From an uncultured bacterium (GTDB taxonomy: Bacteria > Chloroflexota > UBA5177 > JANWHV01), in the NCBI GenBank assembly GCA_963729625.1, contig CAVSOU010000008.1, forward strand, positions 32,001-96,000: a DNA stretch of 64,000 nt, read 5' to 3'. The position numbers and the translations under genes were made by a program. This document shows positions 20,316 to 32,233 of the stretch, piece by piece. The stretch's first letter is position 1; the number at the start of each line of letters is the position of its first letter. Under the pieces are notes generated by a model that ran no database searches, was not told the DNA's origin, and was given only the letters and a program-made list of their open reading frames with translations.

Positions 20316-20726
20316 CTACGCGCCCGTGGGCGGTTGCAGCGCCGGTACGACGTCGGTGGCGGCGAAGTCCGTGCCCTTATAGAGAAGCGGTTCATCCGCG
20401 TCTTTGGCCAAGGCATACGCGAAGCAATCGCCGAAGTTCAGTTGCGCGGGGTGCCCGCTGCCCTTACCGAAATCGCGGTAGGCTTGACGTGCCAGGCGCG
20501 CCTGTATTTCCGTGACCGGTTCCAGGGTAATGCCTGCTTCCCGGAGCAGATCATCGTAGCGGCGACTGGCAATCGGATCGCGACTGCCGTCGATGACCGC
20601 GGCGGCCTCCACGAAGTTGGCTGTCGACAGGCGGGAATGCTCCGCAGCCGCAAGGGCCGTGGCCAGAATCAGGGCGTCGGGCTCGGCGCGAAGTATGGCA
20701 ATAAGGGCGGATGTATCGACGATCAT
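20316..20726 (-). CDS. vapC: VapC PIN-domain toxin
   Basis: [42 protein letters not shown]. Confidence 0.93.
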   Translation of the reverse strand: MIVDTSALIAILRAEPDALILATALAAAEHSRLSTANFVEAAAVIDGSRDPIASRRYDDLLREAGITLEPVTEIQARLARQAYRDFGKGSGHPAQLNFGDCFAYALAKDADEPLLYKGTDFAATDVVPALQPPTGA

Positions 20727-20977
20727 CTGGGCAGGCCGTGCTCGTCATACAGCAAGTCGGAATGATCCACGGTGCGATAGGCCTCGGTCAGGTGACTTGC
20801 GCAGTCGTTGCCGATAGCGACGAGGCGCGCGGCGCGATCGCTCAGCCTTCCGCGGCGAACGCGATCGAGACGCTCGCGAAGGGCAATCGTGACCGCGGTC
20901 GTTTGGCTCTCGCCGGTGAGCTCGGCAAGAGTGCGCGCCAATCGATGCGCCTCTTCATTCTTGATATTCATGCTCAT
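20723..20977 (-). CDS. vapB: VapB antitoxin (Rv0623-like)
   Basis: [35 protein letters not shown]...[10 protein letters not shown]; ATGA overlap with vapC. Confidence 0.9.
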   Translation of the reverse strand: MSMNIKNEEAHRLARTLAELTGESQTTAVTIALRERLDRVRRGRLSDRAARLVAIGNDCASHLTEAYRTVDHSDLLYDEHGLPR

Positions 20978-21001
20978 GATGCTAGATACCTACCTCTCTT
21001 C

Positions 21002-21018
21002 TCTACCATTCTACCATA
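21002..21018 (-). promoter_or_regulatory. vapBC promoter -10 with direct repeat
   Basis: Minus strand ATGGTAGAATGGTAGAG: extended -10 TGG-TAGAAT and a TGGTAGA direct repeat. Confidence 0.45.
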
Positions 21019-21149
21019 GCTGCATCGCCTCTTGGGCCCTTGGCGTTGAGCGAGATGACTTGAGACATGACGTTGTAGCGCGTGCGAGCGTTTTCTGCCC
21101 GCCTTGCGGGACAGGAGGCCGTGGAAGGCGATAGCATGAGTGGCAATAG

Positions 21150-22616
<1,467 letters not shown>

Positions 22617-22623
22617 TGCCGTA

Positions 22624-23523
22624 TTACACGGCGTGGTAGGGTGAGCCCGGCAAGCGCAAGCCGTGCAAACGGCGCACAATAGCGCCGAGCGATTCGTCGC
22701 CCTGTCGCCACCAGGTGTACAGGGTGACGAGCGCCCCGGATGCCAGTACGACACCAACGGCGCCCAGTACATCCAAGATGTAGTGGTTGCCGGTGATAAT
22801 GACCACCAAGATCATGACAATAGGATAGGCCAGGGCTGCTAGTCGAAGCAGGAGCGGCCTGACGGCCCATGCCAGCGTCAATCCGACGATCAACGCCCAT
22901 GCCACGTGCACACTCGGCATCGCCGCGTATTCGTTGAAACCGACCTTCAGCCCCCTGGCCCCGCCAAATACGGCATCCAGAAAGTGATACGGATGGCCGT
23001 CGTAGCGTAAGCCACTGGCCAGGCGCGGCGGAGCCAAAGGAAAGCTTTCGTACAGCAACACCGCGAACGTGTTGGTCACCAAGAAGATGTTGCGGAGGAA
23101 CGAGAACAGCGCACGCCGGCGCAGGAAGACCCAAACGGCAAATGCGAGGGTGAACAACACGTGGCCCTGGCCGTAGACCATATCCACTACCATCGTCACC
23201 TGCGTCCAGCCGATGGTGACGCCAAAGAGCGAGTGGCTATGCGCGAAGAAGGACTGGATTCCAGGCTCGATCCAAAGGTCGTGGTTGGCCTCGAAGTTCG
23301 CCACGTGCAGGGCGTTCGCCAGCCCGATGTTGGCATTGGTACGAGGGACCAGCGCGTGCGCGAAATCGTCGGTCAGCTCGACAGCAGTAACCAACAGAAG
23401 GTTGGCGAGGAGATACATCCAATCTCGCCACGTCGTTCGCATGCTGCGAAACGGACCACGGACTTGGTCACGGCGGTTCCGCTGACGAATATAGCTACTT
23501 GTGCTTTGGCAGCGTGTCGCCAC
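22624..23523 (-). CDS. PAP2-superfamily membrane phosphoesterase/phosphotransferase (AUR1/IPC-synthase-like); start uncertain (ATG 23442 possible)
   Basis: PLAPPRL, YAAMPSVHVAWA, TGNHYILD motifs. Confidence 0.85.
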   Translation of the reverse strand: MATRCQSTSSYIRQRNRRDQVRGPFRSMRTTWRDWMYLLANLLLVTAVELTDDFAHALVPRTNANIGLANALHVANFEANHDLWIEPGIQSFFAHSHSLFGVTIGWTQVTMVVDMVYGQGHVLFTLAFAVWVFLRRRALFSFLRNIFLVTNTFAVLLYESFPLAPPRLASGLRYDGHPYHFLDAVFGGARGLKVGFNEYAAMPSVHVAWALIVGLTLAWAVRPLLLRLAALAYPIVMILVVIITGNHYILDVLGAVGVVLASGALVTLYTWWRQGDESLGAIVRRLHGLRLPGSPYHAV

Positions 23524-24228
23524 TGGCCGGCCTCTTCCACCTGAGCCTCATAGCGTCGAGTACCTGGATAGTAAAGGTATCCGAAACTGCGGTCAATACC
23601 TTCACATCGGCGTTCGCGTTCATCTGTAGTTCATGATGCCTTGAAAAGTGCCTTCTTGGGAAGACCACAGACCCGATCGTCGGCTAATTGTTCCCAATTT
23701 GTCACTCGCGCCCACCGCTGCTCTATGCACCCGGCAGCCTCACCCGGTCGCACGCAGCCGCTAGCCGCTCAAGCATGCTGATGAATGACACGAGCGCGGC
23801 GTCGAGACGTGCCGACTGGCGTCAGCTGGAGGCGCGACCCGGCCCAGGATGCCGAAGCGCCGTCCGGCGCAACGGCGGCCTGGTCGGCGAGAATACTGCT
23901 GATCCTGAACTGGGTCGACAGTCTGCCGTGGCCGAGCGGCGCTGCTCGGGCTGCGCAGGCAATTGACAGACGCAGATAAGTCCTATAATATCATAATGTC
24001 TTGCGAGGAGTTCCTGGAGTGTTCGGCCCGGCGCAAGCGGAATCGTCATCTTGACGGAACTCCGGCGGGTGGTGGGCGGTGCCAATCACGGCGAGCAGCA
24101 AGGCGGGGCAGAAGGTAGATGCCTCGGACGCGTACCGGCAGATGCGGTAGGATGCACGTACAGGTTGGCAGAGGCCAACCGCACAAGCAGGTCGCGAACA
24201 CTCTCCACGAGGGTGCTGGTAGCATGGT

Positions 24229-25338
24229 ATGGTGACGTATTGTCCTTCATGTCGCGCCTCGGTGCATATGGGCGCGCTCTTTTGTTCAGCCTGCGGGTCC
24301 GGGTTGGCATGTGCCAATAGGCCGGCACAACCGCAGACACGCAACAGGCGCCGGACAGATCACGCCTTGCTTCCCGGGATGTTGCTTGGCACGCGCTACC
24401 GTATCGAGGCGCCCCTGGCTTGCGGCGCGATGGGCGCCGTCTGGCGTGCGCGTGACGAGCGCCTGCATGGACGGCTCTGCGCGGTGAAGAGCCTGCTGCT
24501 CGAGCCCTCCACCCCGGAGGATGAGCGCGAGCACCTTGCCTGGTTTCAGCGCGAAATGGCCGTGCTCTCGCAACTCAGCCACCCCTCGATCTGCAACATC
24601 CTCGACGTGGTGTCCGAACGTGGAACCACGCACCACATGGTGATGGAATTCGTCGAAGGAAAGACCCTTGCCCAGGAAGTGGCGGAGCATGGCAGTCCCG
24701 GCATGAACGAATCCACCGTGTTGCCGTGGGCCCGCGAGCTTGCCGATGCGCTTGCCTATCTCCACGCGCACGTGCCACAAGTGATCTTCCGTGATCTCAA
24801 GCCGGCGAATGTGATGCTGCGGCCGGATGGCCATCTGACACTGATCGACTTCGGGATCGCGCGGTTCAGGCAGGCGGTGACGGGGACTGCCATCGGCACC
24901 GGCGGCTATGCGGCACCGGAACAGTACCAGGGCCTCGCGTTGCCGCAGTCTGATATCTACGGGCTGTCCGCCACGCTGCACCATGTGCTCACCGGTCGAA
25001 ACCCACAGCTCTACCCGCCTTTTACCTTCCCGCTCGTGCGAAACCTGGCGCCGGCGGTCAGCGCCACGGTTGAAGCGGCGATCGCGCGTGCTCTCTGCAT
25101 GCGGCCCGCCGATCGCTTCACATCTGTCACGGAGTTCTGGCGCGCTCTCGACAGCGGTGTCCAGGCGCCCGTCTCTGCGCGCCATGCAGGGCAGCATCTG
25201 GCGGCCGCTTCCGCGAGCGCTCCATCGTACGAAGATCCCGCCGCGCAGCGTGTGCTGCAGCGCCGCTCATCGCGCGCAGGCGGGCGGAGCTCGTCTATCT
25301 ATAGTGTCCAGTGGGCGCCGCTGCCGCCCTCGACCTGA
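24229..25338 (+). CDS. Hanks-type Ser/Thr protein kinase with an N-terminal zinc ribbon
   Basis: CPSC..CSACG; GAMGAVW, AVK, FRDLKPAN, DFG, GTGGYAAPEQ. Confidence 0.92.
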   Translation: MVTYCPSCRASVHMGALFCSACGSGLACANRPAQPQTRNRRRTDHALLPGMLLGTRYRIEAPLACGAMGAVWRARDERLHGRLCAVKSLLLEPSTPEDEREHLAWFQREMAVLSQLSHPSICNILDVVSERGTTHHMVMEFVEGKTLAQEVAEHGSPGMNESTVLPWARELADALAYLHAHVPQVIFRDLKPANVMLRPDGHLTLIDFGIARFRQAVTGTAIGTGGYAAPEQYQGLALPQSDIYGLSATLHHVLTGRNPQLYPPFTFPLVRNLAPAVSATVEAAIARALCMRPADRFTSVTEFWRALDSGVQAPVSARHAGQHLAAASASAPSYEDPAAQRVLQRRSSRAGGRSSSIYSVQWAPLPPST

Positions 25339-25376
25339 TCGGACTATCCCCTAATTCCGGGAGCCACGTGGTGCTG

Positions 25377-27110
25377 TTAGGTGAGGAACACCTCCTCTTG
25401 CGCCTTCAGCATCGCCCGGTATAGCCCATCGCGCGCGCTGAGCTGAGCATGAGTGCCGCGCTCCACCACGCGCCCGCGATCGAGCACCACGATCTCCGCC
25501 ATGCGCTCCATGGCGATCAGCCGGTGTGTGATCACCAGCACGGCGCGGTCCTGCGTCCGAGCGTGAATGGCTGCCAGCAGTTGCTCCTCCGTGTCGGGGT
25601 CGAGATTCGCCGTCGCTTCATCGAGGATGAGGATAGGCGCCTCTTTGAGCACCGCGCGCGCCACGGCAAGTCGTTGCCGCTCGCCGCCCGACAGCGTGAG
25701 GCCCTGCTCGCCCACCCAACCGTCGAGGCCGCCTGCCAGCGACGCTGGGAGATCGCCGAGCTGCGCGACGGCCAGCGCGTCGATGAGCTGGTCGTTCGAG
25801 GCGTCGGACCGACCGACAAGGAGATTGTTGCGCAGGGTGTCGGTGAACAGCACCGTGTCCTGACTGACCACCGCGAAGGCGCCACGCAGATCTTCGAGCC
25901 GGTAGGAGCTTACTGGTGAGCCGCCGGCAAACACGGTGCCGGCATCAGCCTCCCAGAATCGAAGCGCCAGACCGGCGAGCGTGCTCTTCCCGGCGCCGCT
26001 CTGGCCGACGACCGCGGTCCACCGGCCCGGCTCAACCCGGAGACTGACATCGTCGAGCACTAGGCCCTCCGCTCGGTCGTAGGAGAAGCAAACATGTTCG
26101 AAGCTCAGCGACGGCTTGCCGGGCATTGCCGCCGGCTGCCGCGGGTCGCGAATCACGGGCTCGGCATTGGCTACGTCGAGCAGGCGATGCGCGGCGGTGA
26201 GCCCTCGCCCCAACGTGGCGAAGGCGACGCCCAATGGCTGTACCGCCTCGAAGCCGGCCAGCATGAGCAGGATGAGGAATCCGAGATACACGCCGCCAAT
26301 GCGGCCGGCATCGACCTGTGGAATGGCAAGCGCGAGGACCGTCACCACCGACAGGGTAGTCAGAGCCGCTCCGAGCGCGCCCTGGAAACCACCGATGCGC
26401 GCCTGCCGCAACTGCAGCCGTCCGGCCTTCTGTTCTATCTTGGCGAGACGCTCCGCGTGGTCGGCGCCGCGGCCGCAGTTGAGCAGATCGGGCATTCCCT
26501 GGATCCCCTCGATCGTGCGGTCGTACAGGGCGCTGCGCGTCGCCAGGTGCTGCTCCCCCAGTCCGCGAGCGCACCAAAGGGCCAGAGCGGGAACGCCCAC
26601 GCCCGCGGCCAGCAGGAACAGTGCCGCGCTGAGCGCCAGGACCGGGCTGAAGAGCGCGAACACGGCAGTGATGGCGCAAAAGGAGCAGGCGGCGACCGCT
26701 ACCGGCGAGAAGATGCGCAGGTAGAGATGCTGCAGCTCGTCCAGATCGGCGGTCAGGCGGACAAGCAGATCGCCGCTGCCATGCCCCACGATCGCTGCAG
26801 GCACCAAAGGCGCGAGACGGCTGAAGAGCCAAACCCGCAGATCGGCCAGGAGGCTCAGCGCGGTACGGTGGGAGACCAGTCGCTCACCGTAGCGGAGCAA
26901 CGCTCTGCCAACGCCCAATACGCGCACCGCGTACATCGGAAAGGCCAAAGTCTCCAGCAGCGGCCTCAACGATGCGGCCGCCACAAGATACCCGGCGATT
27001 GCCAGCAGGCCCACGTTGGCGGCCAATGCCGCGCAGCTGAGGGCGAGCGCCAGCGCTATCTGTCGTCCGTGCGGCCGGATCGCGCGCGCAAGTCTCTCCG
27101 ACACGCTCAT
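25377..27110 (-). CDS. cydC: Thiol reductant ABC exporter subunit CydC
   Basis: RALLRYGERLVSH, SGDLL.RL..D, GQSGAGKS, LSGGERQR, DEAT. Confidence 0.92.
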   Translation of the reverse strand: MSVSERLARAIRPHGRQIALALALSCAALAANVGLLAIAGYLVAAASLRPLLETLAFPMYAVRVLGVGRALLRYGERLVSHRTALSLLADLRVWLFSRLAPLVPAAIVGHGSGDLLVRLTADLDELQHLYLRIFSPVAVAACSFCAITAVFALFSPVLALSAALFLLAAGVGVPALALWCARGLGEQHLATRSALYDRTIEGIQGMPDLLNCGRGADHAERLAKIEQKAGRLQLRQARIGGFQGALGAALTTLSVVTVLALAIPQVDAGRIGGVYLGFLILLMLAGFEAVQPLGVAFATLGRGLTAAHRLLDVANAEPVIRDPRQPAAMPGKPSLSFEHVCFSYDRAEGLVLDDVSLRVEPGRWTAVVGQSGAGKSTLAGLALRFWEADAGTVFAGGSPVSSYRLEDLRGAFAVVSQDTVLFTDTLRNNLLVGRSDASNDQLIDALAVAQLGDLPASLAGGLDGWVGEQGLTLSGGERQRLAVARAVLKEAPILILDEATANLDPDTEEQLLAAIHARTQDRAVLVITHRLIAMERMAEIVVLDRGRVVERGTHAQLSARDGLYRAMLKAQEEVFLT

Positions 27111-28837
27111 ACCGCAACCCCACCGCGAGGAGAGACCAGCCGACTATAGAGCCCGCCGCACGCCAGCAACGATGCGTGCGTGCCGCTCTCGGCAATGCGG
27201 CCGCCGTCGAGCACCACGATCTTTTCCGCCGTATAGACGGTGTTGAGACGGTGGGCCACGATCAGAACCGTGCGATTCTGCATCAGTCGCGCCAGAGCCG
27301 AGCGAATCAGTGTCTCACTGAGCGGATCGAGACTCGACGTTGGCTCGTCGAGCACCAGGATCGGAGCATCCTGGAGGAACGCGCGAGCAATGGCAATGCG
27401 CTGCATTTCACCGCCCGAGAGGCGCGATCCGCGTTCGCCGACCGGCGTGTCGTACCCGCATGGCAGCCGGGCTATGAACTCCGCGGCCCCCGCGAGGTCA
27501 GCCGCCTGTTCGACCTCCTCCCGAGACGCTCGCGGCCTGCCGAGACAAATGTTGTCTCGAAGGGTACCGGCGAAGAGGTACGGGCGCTGCGGCACCACAG
27601 CGAGCTGCTTGCGCCAACTGCCGACAGAGAGCGAATCGATCGGCGTGTCTTCGACCGTGATCCGGCCTGAGTCGGGATTCTGGTAGCGCAGAAGAAGGTT
27701 GACGAGCGTGGTCTTACCCGAGCCACTTTTGCCGACGAGGGCCGTGCGCGCGCCGGCCGGCAGGGTGAGATCGACACCCGACAGCGCGGGCTTCTCACCA
27801 CCGGGGTAGGTATAGTGAATGCTCTCGAAGGAGATCGCCGGCGGTCGCGTGGCAGGCACGACCCCTGGCACGACAGGCGCCTGATTCGGCTCGCGCACGG
27901 CCAGGATCGCTTGTACGCGCGCGGCGGCCGCGGCGCCCTCCATCGCCGCGTGGCGATGCAGGCCAAGCTCGCGCAATGGGCGGTAGAACTCCGGCGTGAG
28001 CATCAGCACAAAGAAGGCGCGCTCGAAGGAGATGCCGCCCGAGATCAGTCGGATGCCGAGCGTCACAGCGATCAGCGCGATGGCGCCGGCAGTGATGAAC
28101 TCCAGCACCAGGCTGGAGAGAAACGCATAGCGCAGCGTCTGCAGCGTCTTGTCTCGATAGTCGCGCCCAATGCGTTGAAGGCGGGCACGCTCCCCGGCTG
28201 TCCGGCCGAAGGTAATCAGCGTCGCCAGGCCCTGCAACGCCTCGAGCATGTGGGCGTGCATGCGCGCGAGCGCCGTCCACTGGGCCCGCACATGGCTCTC
28301 CGCATAGCTGCCGACAAGGATCATAAGAAAGGGCAGGATGGGTGCGGTTGCCAGCAGCACCACTCCGCTGATCCAATCCTGCGTCCATACGGCTGTGGCA
28401 ATGAGCAGCGGCGCGATCACGCTCAGCAGCATCTGCGGCATATATCGGCCAACATAGGGCTCGATACGCTCGATGCCCTCCGTGGCCGTAGCCACCAGGT
28501 TGCCGGTTCGCTCACCGCGCAGGTAACTCGGCCCAAGCCGGAGAAGATGGCCGAACAATCGCGCGCGAAGGGCTGCTTTGCTCCGCAGGGCCGCGTGTTG
28601 GGCGGCGATCTCTCGCCCGAAGACCGCGCCCGCCTGCAGGACCGCGAGGGCAGCCACAAGCGCAAGCGTGGCCCCGGCTGCCTGCAGGCGCTCGTGATGC
28701 TGGAACACGTCGCCGGCAACACGGGCGATGAGAGCCATCTGGGCAATAGTAACGGCAGTCGCCAGTATCGAAAACGCGACGGCAAGAGCAAGCGTACGGA
28801 GGGGCACCTCCAGTAGAGCAAGGCGCACGCGCGGCAT
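27107..28837 (-). CDS. cydD: Thiol reductant ABC exporter subunit CydD
   Basis: Y.GRYMPQ, TAPILPFLMILVG, TLRYAFLSS.VLE, PEFYRPLRELG, GKSGSGKT, LSGGE; ATGA overlap with cydC. Confidence 0.92.
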   Translation of the reverse strand: MPRVRLALLEVPLRTLALAVAFSILATAVTIAQMALIARVAGDVFQHHERLQAAGATLALVAALAVLQAGAVFGREIAAQHAALRSKAALRARLFGHLLRLGPSYLRGERTGNLVATATEGIERIEPYVGRYMPQMLLSVIAPLLIATAVWTQDWISGVVLLATAPILPFLMILVGSYAESHVRAQWTALARMHAHMLEALQGLATLITFGRTAGERARLQRIGRDYRDKTLQTLRYAFLSSLVLEFITAGAIALIAVTLGIRLISGGISFERAFFVLMLTPEFYRPLRELGLHRHAAMEGAAAAARVQAILAVREPNQAPVVPGVVPATRPPAISFESIHYTYPGGEKPALSGVDLTLPAGARTALVGKSGSGKTTLVNLLLRYQNPDSGRITVEDTPIDSLSVGSWRKQLAVVPQRPYLFAGTLRDNICLGRPRASREEVEQAADLAGAAEFIARLPCGYDTPVGERGSRLSGGEMQRIAIARAFLQDAPILVLDEPTSSLDPLSETLIRSALARLMQNRTVLIVAHRLNTVYTAEKIVVLDGGRIAESGTHASLLACGGLYSRLVSPRGGVAV

Positions 28838-29297
28838 CGCCTAAAGGCCCTTCCTGTTCAGTCGACGTGCACGGGTCGCCTTTGCAAGCGGTGCGCCCCT
28901 GCATAGTGCTCCAGCCGTTGCACCACGGTACTCGCACTGAGCGTGCCGCGCAACCTCCTCCGATCGCCGGCGGCATAGGGCAACAGGCATGGCCCCACAT
29001 GACGGGTCTTGCTCGTCACGCAACGGACAGCGCACCCAGAAGCTATCTAGGCTCCGATGTACAGTGTAGCGCAGGGCTGAAGTCCGTCGTAGACAGGCTC
29101 GATGTGACCGGCAGAAGCTAGATGAGAGCCGCCGCTCCGGTTCCGGTTTTGGCCAAGCAGGAGGATGTCGCCCACCGGCTCCATGCGTTCCGATCACCGC
29201 AGGATGTGGGGCGGCCAACCTTCCGCCGGCGACCTTCGCGCCGCTGCTTTTACTCGCTTGCCAACCCAACTCGCGGCGATCACGTCACCTTGTGACC

Positions 29298-30449
29298 CTA
29301 AATCTGGCGCCCTGGCAAGGACAGAACCGGGCCCTGCGCGTACCGACGCAGCACCTCCTCGTCGAGTGTGACACCAAGTCCGGGTATCTCGGGTACGCGT
29401 ACCGTACCGTCCGATTCCAGCCTAAACGGATCGGCGATCAGATCGCGAGCAAGGGGCGAATCACTTACCGTGAATTCTGCCAGCTGTCCGTGCGGCATGG
29501 CGGCGACGAAGTGCAGGGAGGCAGCAGTGAGAATGCCGGTGGAGAAGGCATGCGGCACGCACATGAGATTGCGTCCAAAGGCATATTGAGCGACCCTCAT
29601 AGCCTGCGTCAGTCCGCCGGCGCGGGAGACATCGGGTTGCAGGACACCGACATGCCCCTCTTCAGCGAGAGTGACCAAACCGGAGTAGGTCGTCTCCTGT
29701 TCGCCGGCGGCGATACGCATGTCCACGGCATCAGCCAGCCTAGCATATCCGACCAGGTCGTCGGGCGGGAGCGGCTCTTCGAGCCAGAACAGATCGTAGG
29801 GCTCGAACTGGCGCGCCATCTTGATGGCGTGCGGAGCATCCCACACGAGGCCGATATCGATCATCAAATCCTTGTCTCCGGCCGCCTCGCGTGCGGCCTG
29901 CACGAGCTCCAGGTCGAGCCGCTCAGACACGCGCCCTAGAGGGCCCCAGCCAAGCTTGACAGCCGAGTAGCCTTGCTGGACATGCAGCGTGACGAGTTCA
30001 CGTGTCTCCGCCAACGTATGCGGCATGATCGCGCTTGCGTATACTCGTACGCGGTTGCGGTATGAGCCGCCAAGGAGTCTGTGCACTGGCTGACCGACGG
30101 CCTGGCCCATAATATCCCACAGAGCCATGTCGACACCGGCAATTGCCTGAAACGCGGCGCCGGAGCGGCCAAAATATATCGTGCCTTCCACCATCGCCTG
30201 CCATAACATTTGCACGTCCAGGGGGTCCCTCCCGAGGAGAATGGAGCGCAGCCCACGTGCCTGCAGGTGGCTTGGGGGTGCCTCAACTATCGCTTTTGCT
30301 ACCAACGGCGACGAGTCAACCTCACCCAGGCCGACCAGCCCTTCGTCGGTATGTACGCGGATGATCAGCGCGTCTTGGGTGCCATCAGAGCGTTCTGTGT
30401 CTACTTCGGGCAATCGCAATGCGATTGCTTCCACCTCGGTTATCCGCAT
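29298..30449 (-). CDS. Mandelate racemase/muconate lactonising enzyme family protein (acid-sugar dehydratase-like)
   Basis: TDEGLVGLGE, DMALWDI.G, VKLGWG, MID, WLEEP, AGEQ, QPD, PH, PGLG. Confidence 0.9.
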   Translation of the reverse strand: MRITEVEAIALRLPEVDTERSDGTQDALIIRVHTDEGLVGLGEVDSSPLVAKAIVEAPPSHLQARGLRSILLGRDPLDVQMLWQAMVEGTIYFGRSGAAFQAIAGVDMALWDIMGQAVGQPVHRLLGGSYRNRVRVYASAIMPHTLAETRELVTLHVQQGYSAVKLGWGPLGRVSERLDLELVQAAREAAGDKDLMIDIGLVWDAPHAIKMARQFEPYDLFWLEEPLPPDDLVGYARLADAVDMRIAAGEQETTYSGLVTLAEEGHVGVLQPDVSRAGGLTQAMRVAQYAFGRNLMCVPHAFSTGILTAASLHFVAAMPHGQLAEFTVSDSPLARDLIADPFRLESDGTVRVPEIPGLGVTLDEEVLRRYAQGPVLSLPGRQI

Positions 30450-30548
30450 CATGATCCTCCTCACGCTAGTAGCGCCGAATGAGATACCGCATGGCAGCAC
30501 GACGCAGAGTGGCAGGTGCTGCCGAGCGCTCCGCCAGGAGAGTCGCGC

Positions 30549-31307
30549 CTATCGGGTCAGGATTGCCCGGAGGAACTCCTGTGTTCGCGGCTGTTGCGGC
30601 ATCGTGAACAAAGCATCCGGCAACCCCTCCTCGACGATAAGTCCAGAATCCATAAAGACGACTCTATCAGCCACTTGGCGCGCGAAATTCATCTCATGTG
30701 TAACAACAATCATTGTCATACCTCGGTCGGCCAACTGACGCATGACATCCAGCACCTCGTGCACCAACTCAGGATCGAGCGCGCTCGTAACTTCGTCAAA
30801 AAGCATCGCTTTCGGATGCATGGCCAGGGCCCGCGCAATGGCGACTCGCTGTTGCTGGCCACCCGAAAGTTGCTCAGGATATTGATCGGCCTGTTCGGAC
30901 AACCCTACTTGCTTCAAGAGGTCCCTGGCTATCTGCTCGGCCTCCTGTCGTGCAAGACCCTTCACATGAACCGGCGCTTCCATTACGTTCTTGAGCGCGG
31001 TGAGGTGTGGAAACAGGTTGAAGTGCTGAAACACCATACCTACTTTTTCACGCATCGCCACGATCCGCTTGGCGGAATACTGCTTCAAACGCCCGTTGAC
31101 CTCATCGCGATAGGCAAGTTCTCCCTCTATGAAGATGCGACCGCGCTCCGGTATCTCCAGGTAGTTGATGCAGCGCAGCAGGGTTGACTTGCCGCTGCCG
31201 GAAGGCCCGATCACACAGACGACTTCCCCCTGGCCGACTTCCATCGAAACTCCTCTGAGCACGTGGTTCGCCTTAAAGGACTTATGGATTTCTTCTAGCC
31301 GGATCAT
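30549..31307 (-). CDS. Polar amino acid ABC transporter ATP-binding protein (GlnQ-like)
   Basis: [38 protein letters not shown]. Confidence 0.93.
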   Translation of the reverse strand: MIRLEEIHKSFKANHVLRGVSMEVGQGEVVCVIGPSGSGKSTLLRCINYLEIPERGRIFIEGELAYRDEVNGRLKQYSAKRIVAMREKVGMVFQHFNLFPHLTALKNVMEAPVHVKGLARQEAEQIARDLLKQVGLSEQADQYPEQLSGGQQQRVAIARALAMHPKAMLFDEVTSALDPELVHEVLDVMRQLADRGMTMIVVTHEMNFARQVADRVVFMDSGLIVEEGLPDALFTMPQQPRTQEFLRAILTR

Positions 31308-31437
31308 GTGTTCCCCGCTTCGAACTTCAGCCACACTTCGGCGATCACGGCACAATCGCCTTCCGGAAACTCAATCCTGACCGACAGTCCACCTGCTTGG
31401 CCCGCCAGAAGGCCGCACAGAAAACACTGCTGCCGCA

Positions 31438-32148
31438 CTAGGCCGGCCCGGCGGCTGGGCGCGTCGCAATAGGCCGCTTCCTAGTCCTGCTATATCCGCT
31501 CTTGGAGATCCGCTCCAAGTAGCGCACGAACAGGCTTGCCGGATAGCCGCAAGCAAAGTACAGAACGAGAACCATCGTGTAGATAGTGAAGTAGTTGTAT
31601 GTGTGAGCGGCGATGATTTGGCCGCTGAACAACAACTCCTGGATGGTAATCACAGAGGCGATCGACGTGTCTTTGAACAAGGAAATGAAGTAGTTTCCCA
31701 GGGCGGGGATCACAATGCGGATCGCCTGTGGAAGCACGATGCGGCGCATCGCCAGCGATGACCGCATGCCCAAAGCAGCAGCCGCATCGGTTTGCCCCTT
31801 TGGCACTGCCTGTATACCGGCCCGGTACACTTCCGACATATAGGCTGAGTAGTTAAGTGTTAGTCCTACAACCCCGGCGACGAAGGGAGTGAATTGCACA
31901 CCAAAATAGGGCAGGACGTAGTAGATGTAGATGAGTTGCACCAGAAGTGGCGTGCCACGAATGATCTCGACGTACGCACCAATGACGAAGCGTAACGCCT
32001 TGTGTCCTGAGAGCCTTGCAAGGGCAACGAGGACCCCAAGGACGAGGCTCAGAGCAATGACGATGAACGTCAGCTCAACGGTGAGCTCAAGTCCCTCAAG
32101 AAGCGTTCCAATTGAATCCCGTGCCAGTGAAGGGTCGAAGAACACCAT
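31438..32148 (-). CDS. Polar amino acid ABC transporter permease (HisM/GlnP-like)
   Basis: RGTPLLVQL, SAYMSEVYRAGI..V..GQ, LPQA, KDTS. Confidence 0.93.
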   Translation of the reverse strand: MVFFDPSLARDSIGTLLEGLELTVELTFIVIALSLVLGVLVALARLSGHKALRFVIGAYVEIIRGTPLLVQLIYIYYVLPYFGVQFTPFVAGVVGLTLNYSAYMSEVYRAGIQAVPKGQTDAAAALGMRSSLAMRRIVLPQAIRIVIPALGNYFISLFKDTSIASVITIQELLFSGQIIAAHTYNYFTIYTMVLVLYFACGYPASLFVRYLERISKSGYSRTRKRPIATRPAAGPA

Positions 32149-32233
32149 GGACGTTACCTCCAAATAAAGGAGAACAGCAGAGTGGCAACGGTACCAGACT
32201 GCTGTCCCCCATCATCAACGGACCTATGAGTAT

